Numbered from the stretch's first letter, positions 37,651 through 51,591 are shown. The stretch is DNA of 64,000 nt from Mobula hypostoma (GCF_963921235.1 NC_086108.1:35714001-35778000), one strand, 5' to 3'. The notes: generated from the letters alone by a model not told the origin. Numbers and translations are program-made.

Positions 37651-37974
37651 CATGAATCTGTACAGACTGGTGAGGAGTTGCTGACAGGAGCCATGTTCTT
37701 TGTGCACAGCCTGAGCCCGTCAGGACAATATCATGTGCTCCTGGTTGAAGGTTGCTAAGAAGGTCTTTGACAAGACAAGAGTGCAGTCTGTGAAGGATTG
37801 TGGCCACTCTGCCTGTCCCTGTGGGCAGTAGGAATAGACAGAACCAGAAAGGAGTCAGATTTATAATCACTGATTTCCATGAGAAAGGATGTGTTGCTTT
37901 TCAGCAGCATTATGGAGCAAATTTCTATAAAATTACTATAAATTACAAAACTAAATAAATAATTTTTTAAAAAA

Positions 37975-38170
37975 GAACAAGGTTCATGAACCATTCAGAA
38001 ACTTGATGGCTGAGGAGAAGAAGCTGTTTTTGAAATGAAGAGTATGTGTCTTCAGGCTTCTGTACCTCCTCCCTGAAGGTAGTAACATGCCCTCTTCTAG
38101 TACTACCATCAGGGAGAGGGTACAACAGCCTTAAGGTGTGCAGGATGGTGAGCGTCTTTATGATAGACGT
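37975..38170 (-). mobile_element. Rex1/Babar 3' fragment
   Basis: Reverse complement ...gggaggaggtacagaagcctgaagacacat...caaaaacagcttcttc, similar to the Rex ends at 4600-4690 and 40200-40280. Confidence 0.6.
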
Positions 38171-39954
38171 CAAAGTAATGGAGAAAATCTCCTTCCCTTG
38201 AATTTGGAGTTCATACCATCGAGAAGCAAACAAGGAGACGTGGCAGAAACATAAATGAAGAAACCTAATATAATCCAGAAGTCAGGAAGTTTGAAGTAGT
38301 CATGACCTTGACCTGCACAATCAAGGCACATGTGAGGTTATATCTGGGGTCACAACAAATCACAAGTATCAGTGAGGTCAAAGAATGCAATCTGATTGTT
38401 TGCTTTTTCAATAATAACGTTTCAGGGAAATCACAGTAGCAAAACCTACTTGTTCTGTGAATAAATACGGAATGTTGCATTTCAGCCCAGTGGGGTTGAA
38501 ATCTCACTCAAGGTAAATTCAGTTGTTGATGTAATTTTGGTGAACGACATCAATTCTGTTAACTGATTTCATTATGAGAAGTCCAAGGAATGATAAAAAA
38601 TACTACTGAAAAATCAAAAACTCATTTCCCAGCCAATTGCTAAAACACCATGGAATGTGTACAATTTTGCTCCACACTGGGTTACCTGATTTCCAATACC
38701 ACAGCATTGTTTGCTTTCAAGTTGTGTGAATGTATTTCCAGCCCAGGACATTGCTCATTAGCAAATGAGAGCAAATGGACATGGAACCTTGAAGGGAATT
38801 ACCATATCTTAGACAATCAGCAGAAGAAAAACTGAAGAGGACAAATTCATTTGAGTGAAGAAATGGACTAAGATGTGCACTGACTGAAAAATGATCAAAA
38901 GCAATTCAATAAGAATTTTCTGTTGAGGTTAAGTACCAGAAAACACTACAAATTAATATGAATTACTGGGGAATAAGAGTTGAGAAACGGTTCTTAATGG
39001 AAACCTTTTAAAGAACCAGTAGATGCACAATGAGCCAAATGATTGCTTTCTGTGCTATGATGGTTTTACTTCTATTTTGCATTGGCTACCAACTAACACT
39101 AGGGAATGAAACACATTTTCTACATTAGACACAGTCAAAAGTAGTTTGGGAAGATGTTTTCTGTGCACTGATCCATCTTTCAAGATCCTCTTATTTCAGA
39201 AAAGTAACCTCCAACTGCAGTCTGATAAATGTTGCTGTTTTCCATTAAACCATTCTAACAGCCAGCGCAGATTTGCTAACTCTCTTGACAATTAATAGAC
39301 AGTTTTATGCTGTGAACCTAGACGCACCATTTCTCTTACCAAGTGAGTTGAAATCATGAAAATTCTTTAATGTGAGATATTCATAGATAGCCAATGAAAG
39401 GACTTGGTACATCTTTCCAGATGGATGAAATAAAGGCTAAATGTCAGCTAAGACAAAGCAGTGCAGAAACTTATAAATGCAATCAGATCCGAGGGTGCAA
39501 AACGTTGAGAACAGTGAATGCTAAATATTGTAATATATATTATGTACAATATCATATCCCAACATATGTAGAATTAGCATTAAATATAATCTGAGGATGA
39601 TTCCCTCTGTGCACTGTGCAATAAAACTATATGAAAAATTATGTTTCAATGTAAAATGTAAATGAATGTGACACACAGTGATGTTTCAGTGATTTCGTAC
39701 CTTAGAACCAGAACCAGAAATTCCAACTACCTAGTTATCTCAGAAAAATGTATATATGTCAGGACAAACAAATGGCATGATTTATGGGGAAGGTGATGAA
39801 TTGTAATAAGTAAAGGAAGTCCAGGTTAAAGACAGTGAAATCTTTTGTGAAGAGCAAGAGTGGTAAGTGAAGGAGGAGAGACCCAAGACTGAGGAGGCGA
39901 TTAAGGGAGGTGGGTCTAATGGGGGAGAGGATTCGAAAAGGTGAGAGAGAAGCA

Positions 39955-40603
39955 ACCCCCCCCATCCTCACCACATTCTACAGAGGTTGTATCGAGAGCA
40001 TCCTGAGCAGCTGCATCACTGCCTGGTTCGGGAATTGCACCGTCTCGGATGGCAAGACCCTGCAGCAGACAGTGAGGTCAGCTGAGAAGATCATCAGGGT
40101 ATCACTTCCCGCTATTACAGACATTTACCCCACATGCTGCACCCGTAAAGCTAACCGTATTGTGAAGGACCCCACAAACTCTTCTCCCTCCTGCCATCTG
40201 GCAAAATGTACCGAAGCATTCGGGCTCTCACGACCAGACTGTGCAACAGGTTCTTCCCCCAAGCCATCAGACTCCTCAATACTCAGAGTCCAGACTGACA
40301 CCTACATCATTTATTATTATATTGTAATTTGTCCTCTACTCTGCCCATTGTCTTGTTTATTAATTATTGTACTGCCCTGCACTGTTTTGTGCACTTCATG
40401 TAGTCCTGTGCAGGTCTGTGGTCTAGTGCAGTTTTTATGTTGTTTTACGTAGTCTAGTGTAGCCTTGTGCGTCTCACATAGTCTAGTATAGTTTTCTGTT
40501 GTTTCATGTAGCACCATGGTCCTGGAGAAACGTTGTTTTGTTTTTACTGTGTACAGTACCAGCAGTTTATGGTCGAAATGACAATAAAAAGCGACTTGAC
40601 TTG
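39955..40603 (+). mobile_element. Rex1/Babar 3' fragment with UTR and tail
   Basis: PPILTTFYRGCIESILSSCITAWFGNC (DUF1891-like); AATAAA then gacttgacttga. Confidence 0.88.
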
Positions 40604-40656
40604 AAAGAAACAGGATATACCCAAGATCTCATATGCTTGTGCACATGCTTGTTTGT

Positions 40657-40749
40657 TTGTGTGTGTACATATATATATATATATATACACACACACATTA
40701 TATACATACATATATACACATACATGTGTGCACACGTATGTGTGTGTAT
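40657..40749. repeat. Compound (GT)/(AT)/(AC) microsatellite
   Basis: Direct inspection. Confidence 0.85.
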
Positions 40750-40904
40750 GCTCAAGCATGTGCAGTGCACCTCTACTTTAAAGTGATTAATGGAAATTTG
40801 CCTACAAAATTCAAAATTCATTGACAAACATTTTGAGATATAGAATAAAAATGTATTTTCATAGATTCATTTCCCAAGTTTAAATCCATGCATTATGAGG
40901 CACA

Positions 40905-42026
40905 AACAACACACAACATACTGGAGGAACTCAGCAAATCAGGCAACATCTATGAAAGGAATAAATAGTCGATGCTTTGGGCCAAGACTCTTCATGAGGA
41001 CTGGAGTGGAAGGGGGCAGAAGCCAGAATAAGAAGGTGATGGGAGGGGACTGAGTACAAGCTGGCAATTGATAGGTGAGCCCAGGTGAGGGGGAATGTTG
41101 GTAGATGGATAGGGGTGGGAAAAAAGGGAGGAGGAATGAAGTCAAAAGCTGGGAGGGGTTGGATGAAGGAGGTTAAGGGCTGAAGAAGGAGTCTAGTAGG
41201 AGACTGTGGACCATGGAAGAAAAGGAAGGAGGTAGGGAGGCAGGGCAGACTTTAACACCATTAATCAGTGGGGTGTTTGTTTTTGTTGGTCTCCCCTCTC
41301 GCTGTGTGACACTTCTCTGTCCCCTTATTAGGGAGAGAGTGAGCCTGTGGCATGTCGAATTTCTTTTGCACAATTAGCTTTTGTTGTACGGCAGATCATG
41401 GTCTTTCTTGGGGGCTTTGCTATTGCTTACTTAGTTGATGGAGGGGCTGATGCTTTTTTTTGCTGAAGTAAGTGAGGGAGGGGGAGGGTCATTGCTTTGT
41501 TGCTGCCTGGGCATGAAGGAAATGGGGGAACTTGGGGTTCTAATGTTTTTACTATCGCTCATTCTCTGGGCCACCCTCCTGTTTTTGTGTTTGTCGGTGA
41601 AAAACAAGAATTTCAGGTTGTATGTTGCATACATTCTCCGATATTAAATGGAACTACTGAGCTATTGAACCAGAGGGAGGTGATGGGCTGTTGAGGAGAA
41701 GAGAAGGGTTAAGAGGGTAACCAGACAGAGATAAAGGAAAAATGGATAAATGGGGAAGGTGGATAAATGAATGGAAGTTGGAGAAATCAACATTTATGCC
41801 ATCAGGTTGGAGACTACTCAGATGGAATATGAGGCATAGTTCTTCCATCCTGTGTTTGACCTCATCATGGTGGTAAAGGAGGCCATGGACAGTCATGTCA
41901 GAATGGGAAAGACAAGTTGAATTGAATTGATTAGCCATTAGGAGATCCTGCCTTTAAGGGTGCTCAACAAAGTTGCCCCCCAATCTGCATCAGATCTCAT
42001 CCATGCAGAGGAGGCAGCACCAGGAG
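40905..42026 (-). mobile_element. Older Neptune-type PLE fragment, split by an insertion at about 41250-41667
   Basis: SHSDMTVHGLLYHHDE...LIFHLSSLQPDGINVDFSNF (41654-41938); degenerate hammerhead at 40966-41003. Confidence 0.8.
41250..41667 (+). mobile_element. Unclassified insertion, probably a retroposon 3' end
   Basis: T/G-rich block interrupting the purine-rich PLE UTR, ending attaaa plus a short-repeat tail (gaactactgagctattgaac). Confidence 0.45.
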
Positions 42027-42489
42027 AAATTGATTTCTCAAGTCCACGATTATTTCATTCAGACCCTGTCCTGCCCTGTCATTTACCCCTTGTTCACAAA
42101 GAAATTACATCTGTCTTAAAAATATTCAACTTTTCTACTTCCACTGACCGATGATAAGATCCAAAAGCTCACAAAACTCTGACAGAAAAGGATCAGCCTC
42201 ATCTCCATCTTAGTTTTAAACAACAACCTTTAATTCTAAACTTCTAAACTCCCTTACAAGTGAAAAAATCCTCACATCACAATCCAGTCAAGACCTGTCA
42301 GGATCTGAAATGTTTCAAACAAGCTGCTTCCTGCTTTTCTAAACTTGAAAATTGCAGAAGACTAGTATTCAGGTGCAGCATGTCATTAGAAAAGCTAACT
42401 GAGTGTTATTGTTAAGAAGGTGTGGGGAGTGGGGAGGAAAATGTACTTCCCCCTCCACACACCCCCACCTTCTTAGTCTGACTCGTTCA

Positions 42490-42640
42490 CCCTTCCTTTC
42501 CAATCCTGATGAAGGGTCCTGGCCTTCAGAAACATTGACTGTTTACTCGTTACCATGGATGCTCTCTGGCCTGCTGAGTTCTTCCAGTATTTTGTGCGCG
42601 TTGCTCTGGATTTCCGGCATCTGCAGATTTTCTCGAGAGT
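42490..42640 (+). mobile_element. PLE 3' terminus with degenerate hammerhead
   Basis: caatc CTGATGA agggtcctggccttca GAAA cattgactg at 42501-42541, followed by the standard terminus and tail. Confidence 0.75.
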
Positions 42641-42810
42641 GTTAGTATTTTGGTAAGGGCATTGGTTCCTTTATTAAGGAAGAATTATGACACATTGAAA
42701 ACAGTTCAGAGAAGGTTCACTGCCCCTTCCAGCTTCTCATCCTCTTCATCCTCCCTCCGGCCTTTCCCCTCTCACCTATCACCTGCCTGTTCCTGCTCCT
42801 TCCCCTCCCA

Positions 42811-45800
42811 CTACTGCTACGTCGACTTAGGCCTAGGGGGACGATGATGGACCCTCCACTTCTCCCTCTCCCTCATCAGTGTGTTCAGTTCATCTACATT
42901 AGCCGCACCGCTGTCTTCTAGGAGTGTGTTGACCATAGTCTTGGGAGGGTGCCCAGGGTTCATCCTCCCGTGCTTGGGCTGGCAGCTAGCTCGGGGTGGC
43001 GTAAACAGTGCCCCGCTAGTTGCAGTCTTCTCGCCTCAATTTTAGTGGTGAGCATCGGTAGGTCGTTATAGAGCTCAACATTCGTCATGTGCTGTTGCCA
43101 ACTCACGTCAAGAGCCATCCAGGGCATTCGTGTATAGCAACCATCTAGAGACTTTCGCATAGTCTTGGTGAGTGTCCACATCTCGCATCTGTACATGAGA
43201 GTGGATTCTATGACTGCTATGAAAATCCTCTTTTTAAGCCCTTTGGTCAGGTTCGACTTCCAGATTTCCTTCATGTCGTTCATAGCCCTCCACACCAGCG
43301 CCTTCCGTATCTTTATGTTCTTCTCCAAACTCATCATTCTTGACCCGAGGTACTTGTAGTCAAAGACTTTCTTAATGGTATCGTTCTTTAGGGTCTTGAG
43401 AGTACCTTTGTCGCAGTTAAACGCCATGTACTCTGTCTTTTTAACGTTTAGGTGAAGTCCAACTTTATTGCACTCAATTTCCACTTTTGTCAGTAGCTGC
43501 TGTGCTTCCTCCATCTGGTCAGAGAGCAGGAGTATGTCATCTGCAAAATCGAGATCTGTGAGCGTAACTGGTCTGACCCTTTTGGTTCGTCCTGGCTTTA
43601 TCGTAAAACCAAGCTTGTCATAATCTTTGGTAGCTTGACACAGAGTGTAATCAGGACGATTATAAAGATGTCGGGTGCCAGAGTGTCTCCTTGCAGCACA
43701 CCAGCTAGGAGCTCGAGCACTGCTGTTTCTCCGTCTGGTGATACAACTTTCGCCATGGTTTTGGTATAGCTGGACTCCATTGCTCTCAGTAGATGGTCTG
43801 GCACTCCGTAAGCTTTCAGGATCTTCAGCATTTTACCTCAGTGAATGGAGTCAAAAGCTTTGCGAAAGTCGATGTAAGTAAGCACGGCTGATAGGTTGTT
43901 CTTCTTGACTTCCTCGATGATCCTACGGAGAGAAAGTATTGGCATCACTATTGTGTGCTTCTGCCGTAAACCATTCTGATTGAATCTTAGCTTAGGATCA
44001 ACGGCGTTGCAAATCCTGTTCAAGATCATCGGATTGTATAGCTTTGCTAAGATGCAGGTCAAGCTGATACTGCAGTAGTTATCTGTCTTTGTGAGGGATC
44101 CAGACTTGGGGACTGGGATAATGTTTGAGAGTGACAACTATACTGGTTTGTCGCCTTTCATTAGTGCCGTATTATGTATGTCCAGCAAGATATCATCCAG
44201 GTCACAGTTCTTCAGGACATCTAGTGTAATCCCATCTGGTCCTGCACTCCTGCCCTGCTTGAGTGTATATTTGGCCTTCTTCAGTTCCTTAATGGTGAAT
44301 GGGCCATCATCGATATCGACTTGCGTTAGTATCATGGGTATGTCCTCTTCTTCTTCCATGATCATTGGAGGACTTCCCAGCAGGTTCTTAAAGTGGGTAA
44401 ACCATGTCAGGACACAGTCCTCTGCTGTTTTACCACTTATTTGACCTGATGGGGACATCTTCCATCTACTGATCTCGTTGACTAGGTGCCATGCTTCTCC
44501 ATGCTGCTTGTCTTCATTAGCAGCCTCTACTTCTCTATTCCTCTCAGCTTGTTCCTCTTCTTTCAATCGGTCATAGGTAGCAAAGAGATTCTTCTTTGCT
44601 GTCTTGAACTTGTCTCTTAGCTCTTCTGTTTCACTCCTTCTAAGTTCAGCATGACAAGCATTGGCCACACTTCTTGCTGTGACGACATCAGGATGTTTCG
44701 AGATCCGGCTCTTCTTAATCGCTTCACAGTAGGCAAACTCTTTGTTGCATCTGTGTATGCGTCAATGAGCCGTTGATAGTGGTCGGTGGCTGTCTCTTCC
44801 TCCTCCCTTTCCAGTGGGCCGAAGCGATTTCTCACCTCCACCGTGTACTGGGCTTGAAGAACAGGTTGTGAGGAGAATGCCTTCCAGTCTATCTTCTCCT
44901 TGGGACCTGTAGCTTTGGGCTGCCGCAGGCTCAGTCTCACTTGCCTTGACACTACTCTGTGATCAGAACTGACCGAGTTGAAGGTGCTGTAGGCTTCTGT
45001 GTTGATCACACAATTACGCCATTTTGTTCTTATGAGGATGTAATCGAGCTGTTTCCTGTAGATGGAGGCTCTGTTTTCGTATGTCCACAGATTACCAGCT
45101 CGCTTCTTGAATTGTGCGTTGGCGGCAATGAGACTGTGTTCCTGGATGAAATCAACTAGATATTGTCCATTTCTGTTGGTAAAGTCGGTATGAGTATGGA
45201 ACATTTTGCAGTCCAACGTGGGCGTTAAAATCACTGAGCACAGCCAGGAAGTTATGTGCTGGTATTGAAGTGACAGCTTTGTGAAGTTTACTGTGGAAGG
45301 CCTCCACCTCCTTCTCCTCACTGCAGTTGTGTGGGGAGTAACAGATGATGACAGAGGTCGCCGGGTTTCCGTCGAATTCCGCAGTAAGGATTCTGTCACT
45401 GACTGAGACTACGCTCCTCAGTGCCTCCTTCGCCTTGCTGTTCAGTATCAGCCCTACTCCACCTTGTGCTGACATCGTCGTCGGCTCTCTCCATGTGGAT
45501 GAGGTGATGAGTTGCATCCCCTCTACCTCTGTGAACCTTATCTCTTCGTCAGGGTGTACATGACGGTGTTCTTGGATCCCCAGGATGGAGATCTCGTAGC
45601 TGCTTGCCTGTGATGCCAACTCTGTGCTTCGAGGCAGGAGGCAGATGGTGTTTGCGTTGAAGGTTGAGATAATCGTTTTTACCTTACAACACAAAAGAGG
45701 CGCAGTTCGCTCAGCCCCCTTGTCGGACTCAACCCTCCCCGTGGGGTTTGAGGTTGCATCTTCATACTGCCTAAGTAGGCCAGGGTCTGGGCGTTCCACA

Positions 45801-46117
45801 GAGTTCCTGAGCACTCCCGACTCTGGAAGTATAGAGTTTGTTGGGTTGTCTGTCACCATAATGCCTTACAAGGCACAAAACGGAAGACTGTGTGGCGTGC
45901 CACTCCTCACACAGACAGTAGGTGGCCGTTGACTCACAAAGAGTTCATCCGCCCTTTGACAGGTTTTTTTTTTAGTCCTGCTGGGTGCCTACACACCCTC
46001 CTCCCTGGTTAACCAAAGAGGGGGTGTGCTGGTTGAGCCGCCGACAACCTGACCCAAGACAGGTAGTACTGGGCTACGTGGTACCAGTCGCAAGGCAAGG
46101 CTCTGACCTGACAGGGT
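42811..46117 (-). mobile_element. Near full-length RTE-clade LINE (AP endonuclease plus RT), frameshifted
   Basis: ISTFNANT, ILGIQEHR, GGVGLIL, SDFNAHVG, LDYIL, SDHRVV (EN); IIPVPKSG, DFRKAFDSIH, GVLQGDTLAP, DLDFADDI, YKYLGS (RT); short (TAG)-like 3' tail at about 42811-42820. Confidence 0.92.
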
Positions 46118-46119
46118 CC

Positions 46120-46288
46120 CTTCTCTTTTATTCTGGCTTCTTCCCCCTTCACTCCCAGTCCTGATGAAGGATCTTGCCTGAAATGTCAGCTGTTCATTTC
46201 TCTCCTAAGATGCTGCCTGACCTGCTGAATTCCTTCAGTATGTTGTATGTGTTGATCCAGATTTTCAGTATCTGCAGTCTCTTGTGCC
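46120..46288 (+). mobile_element. PLE 3' terminus (upstream part at about 42727-42810, split by the RTE) with hammerhead motif
   Basis: cagtc CTGATGA aggatcttgcct GAAA tgtc at 46156-46187; pyrimidine-rich UTR rejoins across the RTE. Confidence 0.75.
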
Positions 46289-48104
46289 ACTAGACCATCA
46301 CCTGGAATGGGAGTTTTGTCTCATGAAAATATCACCCTCCCCTCCCACATCGTAACATCATTTCCCCTTTTAGAGGTCCTGCTCCTTTCAAACTATGCCA
46401 GAGAATCCTGGAGGCAGCACTAGACTGGAGAATTTGTGGTCCCACTATTTTCCACTGTGTGCAGGAACTGTAGTAGGTGAACAGAACCTTACGTAGCTTA
46501 CAGCTTTAGAAAGCATTCTCAGGCATTCAAGGATGTTCAAAGCTGAGCAGCTTTTCCGTTTCTATTTGTAATCCAGCTCACTGAAAAGATTTCCCTTGTC
46601 ACAACATAATCTCCCAATGCCAGCTTTTCTGTTTTTGGCAGAAAGTTACACTAAATGGGGAGAGAACCTTTGCTAAGTACTGACGTGTAAGAGGCATGAG
46701 AGTTCCACTCAGGGAGTGTATAAGTGGCTATCACACTAAGAAAACTGCCCATAACTTTTCCTAATGGAAGCTTCCAAATGGGACATTTGTCAACATTTAA
46801 ACATCCAATTTCCTTGGTTCCACGGCTTGATGCAGCTGTTTTCTTCAACACCAGTGTAGCAACGGATAGTTCAAAAGGAGCTACGTGACTTCCTGGCAAC
46901 TTGTGATGTTCTGGGTGTGACTGATTGCTTAAGTACTTCCCATGAGCATCTTCTCAGTGACAAGATGATGCCCATAACAGGAAAGGTTTACACTTACTGA
47001 AGCTGCATGCGGAGAGCAATGCCAAGTTCTAATAAATTCTTTGTCATGCCTCCAGAATCCTGGTGTTAATGCAGCCACTAATTACAACTTGGCTGTCTCA
47101 CTGAACCAAAATGAACTTGAAGGAGGCAGATCGTGCGAGGATATTTGGTTGCTGAGGTTTTGCATTATGCCTGTGCCGGCTTATAATACACCCTTGGAAC
47201 TCCAGTAGTGTTTTGCAGTGCAGAGCCTTATTTAGGTCTAGTTTTGCTGGAAAGCCTGAGAGCATCAAGAGGTACAGTGCCTTAATGTTTCGACTGCGGT
47301 AATGTAACCTAGCACCAAAATCTCTTTAATGATATAGTGGGGTTGAAATTGGGCATGGATGCAGTGAAGATTTGGGTCTTAAAAGTGGATAAACCCGTGT
47401 GCGTACATGTCCTAGTCCAGAGGACACTGGACACCATAATAATAAAGGAACATCTGATTGAAGCGTGCAGAATATGATGCTAATTAGCACCGGCAATATG
47501 GACTACCCATTCCAGCCACTACCGTCGGAGCACGCCCACCATGTGTGCCACAAAAGCAAAAACACCTTTACGTATGCCTTGGACCACTCGGGTGTAGCCA
47601 GGCAACTCTGGGAGGAGCAGAAGCATTGGCAGGAGGATGAGCAGAGACAGAAGAGGAAAGAAAATAACTTTCTCTCACGAGTTATATGTGAATTATGTCA
47701 TTTCTGTTTACTACCAGTAACTTCAGACTCAATTCTCCACGTATCACATGCCTCACATCCTACCCTTCCTTTGTTAATAGTAAATATGTTTACAGTCAGC
47801 CATAAAGCAAACAATAAAACTGATCCCAGAATACATTTTTAAGCTAAAAGTATTCACAATTGTGCCTATCTTTCTGAGAATTGCACGACCTTGGCATGTT
47901 AACAAAATCTGGCTGGGATGGCACAAATGCTGCAGTGTTGAGGGAGGGCTGGAGGATTGGGCTCCAAGGAGCCATCAGAGGACAGATCATTGGAGTACTG
48001 GACAACTATTAGTATCTACTGCCATGGCAAGGACTGTTTAAGCTTCCAGTGTGATACTGGCTGCTGCTTGTGCTGCAGCAGGAGCTGATCAGGGTTCACG
48101 ATGC

Positions 48105-49133
48105 TGCAACACACACAAAATGCTGGAAGAACTCAGCAGGCCAGGCAGCAGCGGTGGAAAAGAGTACAGCCAATGTTTCGGGCTGGGACCCTTCAGCGGG
48201 ACTGGAGAAAAAAAGATGAGGAGTAGAGTTAGAAGGTGGGGGGAGGGGAGGGAGAAACACAAGGTGATAGGTGAAACTGGGAGGGGGTAAGGGGTGAAGT
48301 AAAGAGCTGAGGTTGATTGGTGAGAGGGATACAGAGGGAATCTGATAGGAGAGGACAGAAGGCCATGAAAGAAAGAAAAGGGGTAGGAGCACCAGAGGGA
48401 GGTAATAGGCAGGTAAGGAGATAATATGAGAGAGGGAAAAGGGAATGGGAAATGCTGAACGGGAAGGGCTTTGCCAGAAGTTCGAGATATCAATGTCCAT
48501 GCCATCAGATTGGAGGCTACCCAGATGGAATATAAGGTATTGCTCCTCCAACCTGAGTGTGGCCTCATCGTGACAGTAGAGAAGGCCATGGACTGACCTG
48601 TCGGAATGGGAGTGGAAGTGAAATTAAAATGGCTGCCCAGTTGGAGATCCTGCTTTTTCTGGTGGACGGCACGTAGGTGCCCGGTGAAGTGGTTCCTAAT
48701 CTACATTCGGTCTCACCGATATATGGGAGGCCACACCGGGAGCACCAGATAAAGTAGATGGCCCCAGCAGACTCCCAGGTGAAGTGTTGTATCACCAGGA
48801 AAGACTGTTTGTGGCAGTGAATGGTAGTAATGGAGGAGGTGTAGAGGCAGGTGTAGCACTTGTTCCACTTGCAAGGATGTGCCCGGAGGGAGATCAATGG
48901 GGAGGGATGAATGGATAAGGGAGTCACGTAGGGAACAATCCCTGCGGAAAGCAGAAAGTGAGCGGGAGAGAAAGATGTGCTTGGTGGTGGGATCCCATTG
49001 GAAATGACGGAAGTTACAGAGAATTATGTGTTAGACATGGAGGCTAATGGGTTGGTAGGTAAGGACAAGAGGAACCCCATCCCTGGTAGGGTGGCTGGAG
49101 GACGGGTTGAGGGCAGGAATGCATGAAATGGAA
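48105..49133 (-). mobile_element. Older Neptune-type PLE fragment (Cys-rich linker, GIY-YIG, 3' UTR)
   Basis: CKWNKCYTC...AIYFIWCSRCGLPYIGET; EEQYLIFHLGSLQ; degenerate hammerhead at 48167-48204. Confidence 0.85.
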
Positions 49134-49311
49134 GTTCCTATCAATCCTAGATGTTCCTGTCTCCCCAATGGAAAATATAGGCTCTGTTCAAAGTCTTGTT
49201 AGTGCCAAAATTCTGCAAGCTGTCTGACAATAATATAGCATTTTTGGAATGATTTCTTTTGGAGTAATCATACCCACACATTGGCCTTGTGGAATCCGTA
49301 TATAAAAGTTG

Positions 49312-49460
49312 AGAATGCTGAAACAATCAGGTGATCATGCAGCATCTGTGGAGGGAGAAGCAGAATTGACATTCCAGGTTGAAGAGCCTTCATCAGGACT
49401 GAGAGAAAACAAATTGGTTTTAAGTTGCAGAGAGGGTGCATTTGTGATGGACAGGACAAA
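49312..49460 (-). mobile_element. Old PLE 3' terminus with degenerate hammerhead
   Basis: Reverse complement cagtc CTGATGA aggctcttcaacct GGAA tgtc at 49362-49401. Confidence 0.6.
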
Positions 49461-51084
49461 GAGAATATATGAAAATCATGGGATTCATTCTTATCCACTG
49501 CAGCAGAACTGACTGTTATCTCAGCCTCAGTCAGTGCTTTTGTTTCTTCCTTTCCTGGAAACAACTTCCATTAGTTTTTACATATCATGAGTCACAACTC
49601 TAGCAGCAACAATGCCCCCTCACTTTAAGAGATGCTGGCCAGGTTAAAATATGGTGATTCTGCCAATACCAGCAGCCAATCAAAAGTGAAGATACTGTTG
49701 CCAGACAAGCACAGCAAACTCTGCACCCAATAGGCAGCACCAGCTTTTCACATCTCTTGCATTGTACTGAATGACTGCAGGTTTGATGTCATATCTGCAC
49801 ATCCTTGGTTGTTTTAAATGTTGCCCTCTATTTCTTACACACAACAACATTTTAGGGAAAATCATTCATGCCCAAGGCAAAAATCTTCACTTTGTGTATC
49901 TGCCAGTATATGTAATTCTGTCAACTAAAAAAATTAACGCACATGGCAGCTCCCCAAAGTCATAGACTGCCCATCATATTGTAATGACAAAATCTTTACT
50001 GAAATAGGAATTGGGCCTTTTGCATATGCAAATAAGGAGTCTTACACCCTGTATGAAACCTAATACCAAGAACTGTATCTTCTGAGGCAATTATTGCCAG
50101 ACCAATATCATACTTATGCTATACCAGTTACTGTCACTCCTGACTTATCAAATAGAATCACTGACGTATTGTTTTATTAACTGTATTAACTGAAGCTATG
50201 GTTTACTCTGCATTTCTATACATGGGCTTGGTGGCAGTATCATCCTTGGCTCAGAGATGGAAGTCTCCGACTTCACTGGCAGGCTCAGGCTTTGCTAGCC
50301 AGATCTCTCAGCGTATTTTTGAGGGAACACTGCACAGTTGAATGCCGTGCTTCAGATAAGAGGCTAAAGATTGTTTGACTTACAAAAAAAACTCTTCCCT
50401 CAGGCAGACTCTCTTCTGCAAACATTCCCAAGGAGATCACTGCCTGTGTGAATGCAGCTGTAAGAACACTTTTGCTGTGGTTTTTAGAGAACGTTGATGG
50501 AAGTCCCTATAAGGAATTGATATTTCTATCAGGTGTTGAAAAACATAAGCTGATTATCCTGAAGCATATTACCTTGACGGTGTTTTCTTGTTCTCTCTCT
50601 CTCTGTTGAAATGCAACAGAGAAGGTGTCTTTCTAAAGTACACCATACATTTATACATCACTTTTGCTGGAATATAATGTCTCAGGGCACTTTTACAAAG
50701 CACGCACATGCAAGGAAAGTTAATACCACGTTAAAGAGGTGACGGAGAAAAACATCAAGGAATATTGTAAGGAAAGAAAGAGCATGCAAGAGGTTTAGGT
50801 TGTAAGTTTAGTTCTATCCAAGAAACTGGTCATTGGGAAGGCCCAGCCATTAGAGCCAAGTCAAATCAATCATGCTTTAACTGCTGCTGGAGCCTCCTCA
50901 CTGGAGAAGTGACATAATGGTGTTTAATACATTAAAGGTTCTAAACAAAGTGAAATTGTATGTTTTTCCCGCATAACATATTCCATGATACGTTGAAAGA
51001 TAAGGACCTTGTCCCTAACTGAAAACTTGCACATTCCAGGTAAAATATAAATTGCTTAAACAGAACATTGCTGCTACTTCCAGA

Positions 51085-51425
51085 AGAAAGGAAAAGATGA
51101 AATATGAAAGCAAGCTAGCAAATAGTATCAAAGTGGATAGTAAAAGATTTTCAAGTATGTTAAAAATAAAAGAGAAATGAGAGTGGATATAGGACCGCTA
51201 GAAAATAAGGGAGAAAAAATAATAACGGGGGCAAGGAGATGGCTGATGAACTAAATGAGTATTTTGCGTCAGCCTTCATTGTGGAAGACACTAGCAGTAT
51301 GAGCGATGTTGTAGTGTGTGAAGGAAGAGAAGTGGGTACAGTTGCTGTTACAAGAGAGAAGGTGCTTAAAAAGCTGAAAGACCTAAAGGTACGTAAGACA
51401 CCTGGACCAGGGGATCTGCACCTTT
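51085..51425 (+). mobile_element. CR1 ORF2 internal fragment
   Basis: MADELNEYFASAF...KTPGPGDLH. Confidence 0.8.
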
Positions 51426-51591
51426 ATAAAGGTACCCCATAAATCCTACCAGATGTAGGCATTCCTTCATCTGTACATCTGTACAGCCATTTCCATTGGC
51501 AGTACAAAAGATTTGGCTAATTCTGGGTTAATATGCTCCATCTCTAATGGTTAGCTCTGATGACAGTAAACTACATGACGACTGCCTGCTA

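Noticed and set aside
39910..40452. 180-aa ORF as a host gene
   Set aside because: Core is the Rex1/Babar ORF C-terminus fused by chance to flank and UTR
46040..46117. HDV-like ribozyme at the RTE 5' end (taccacgt resembles an L3 loop)
   Set aside because: Could not assemble consistent P1, P2 and P3 pairings by eye
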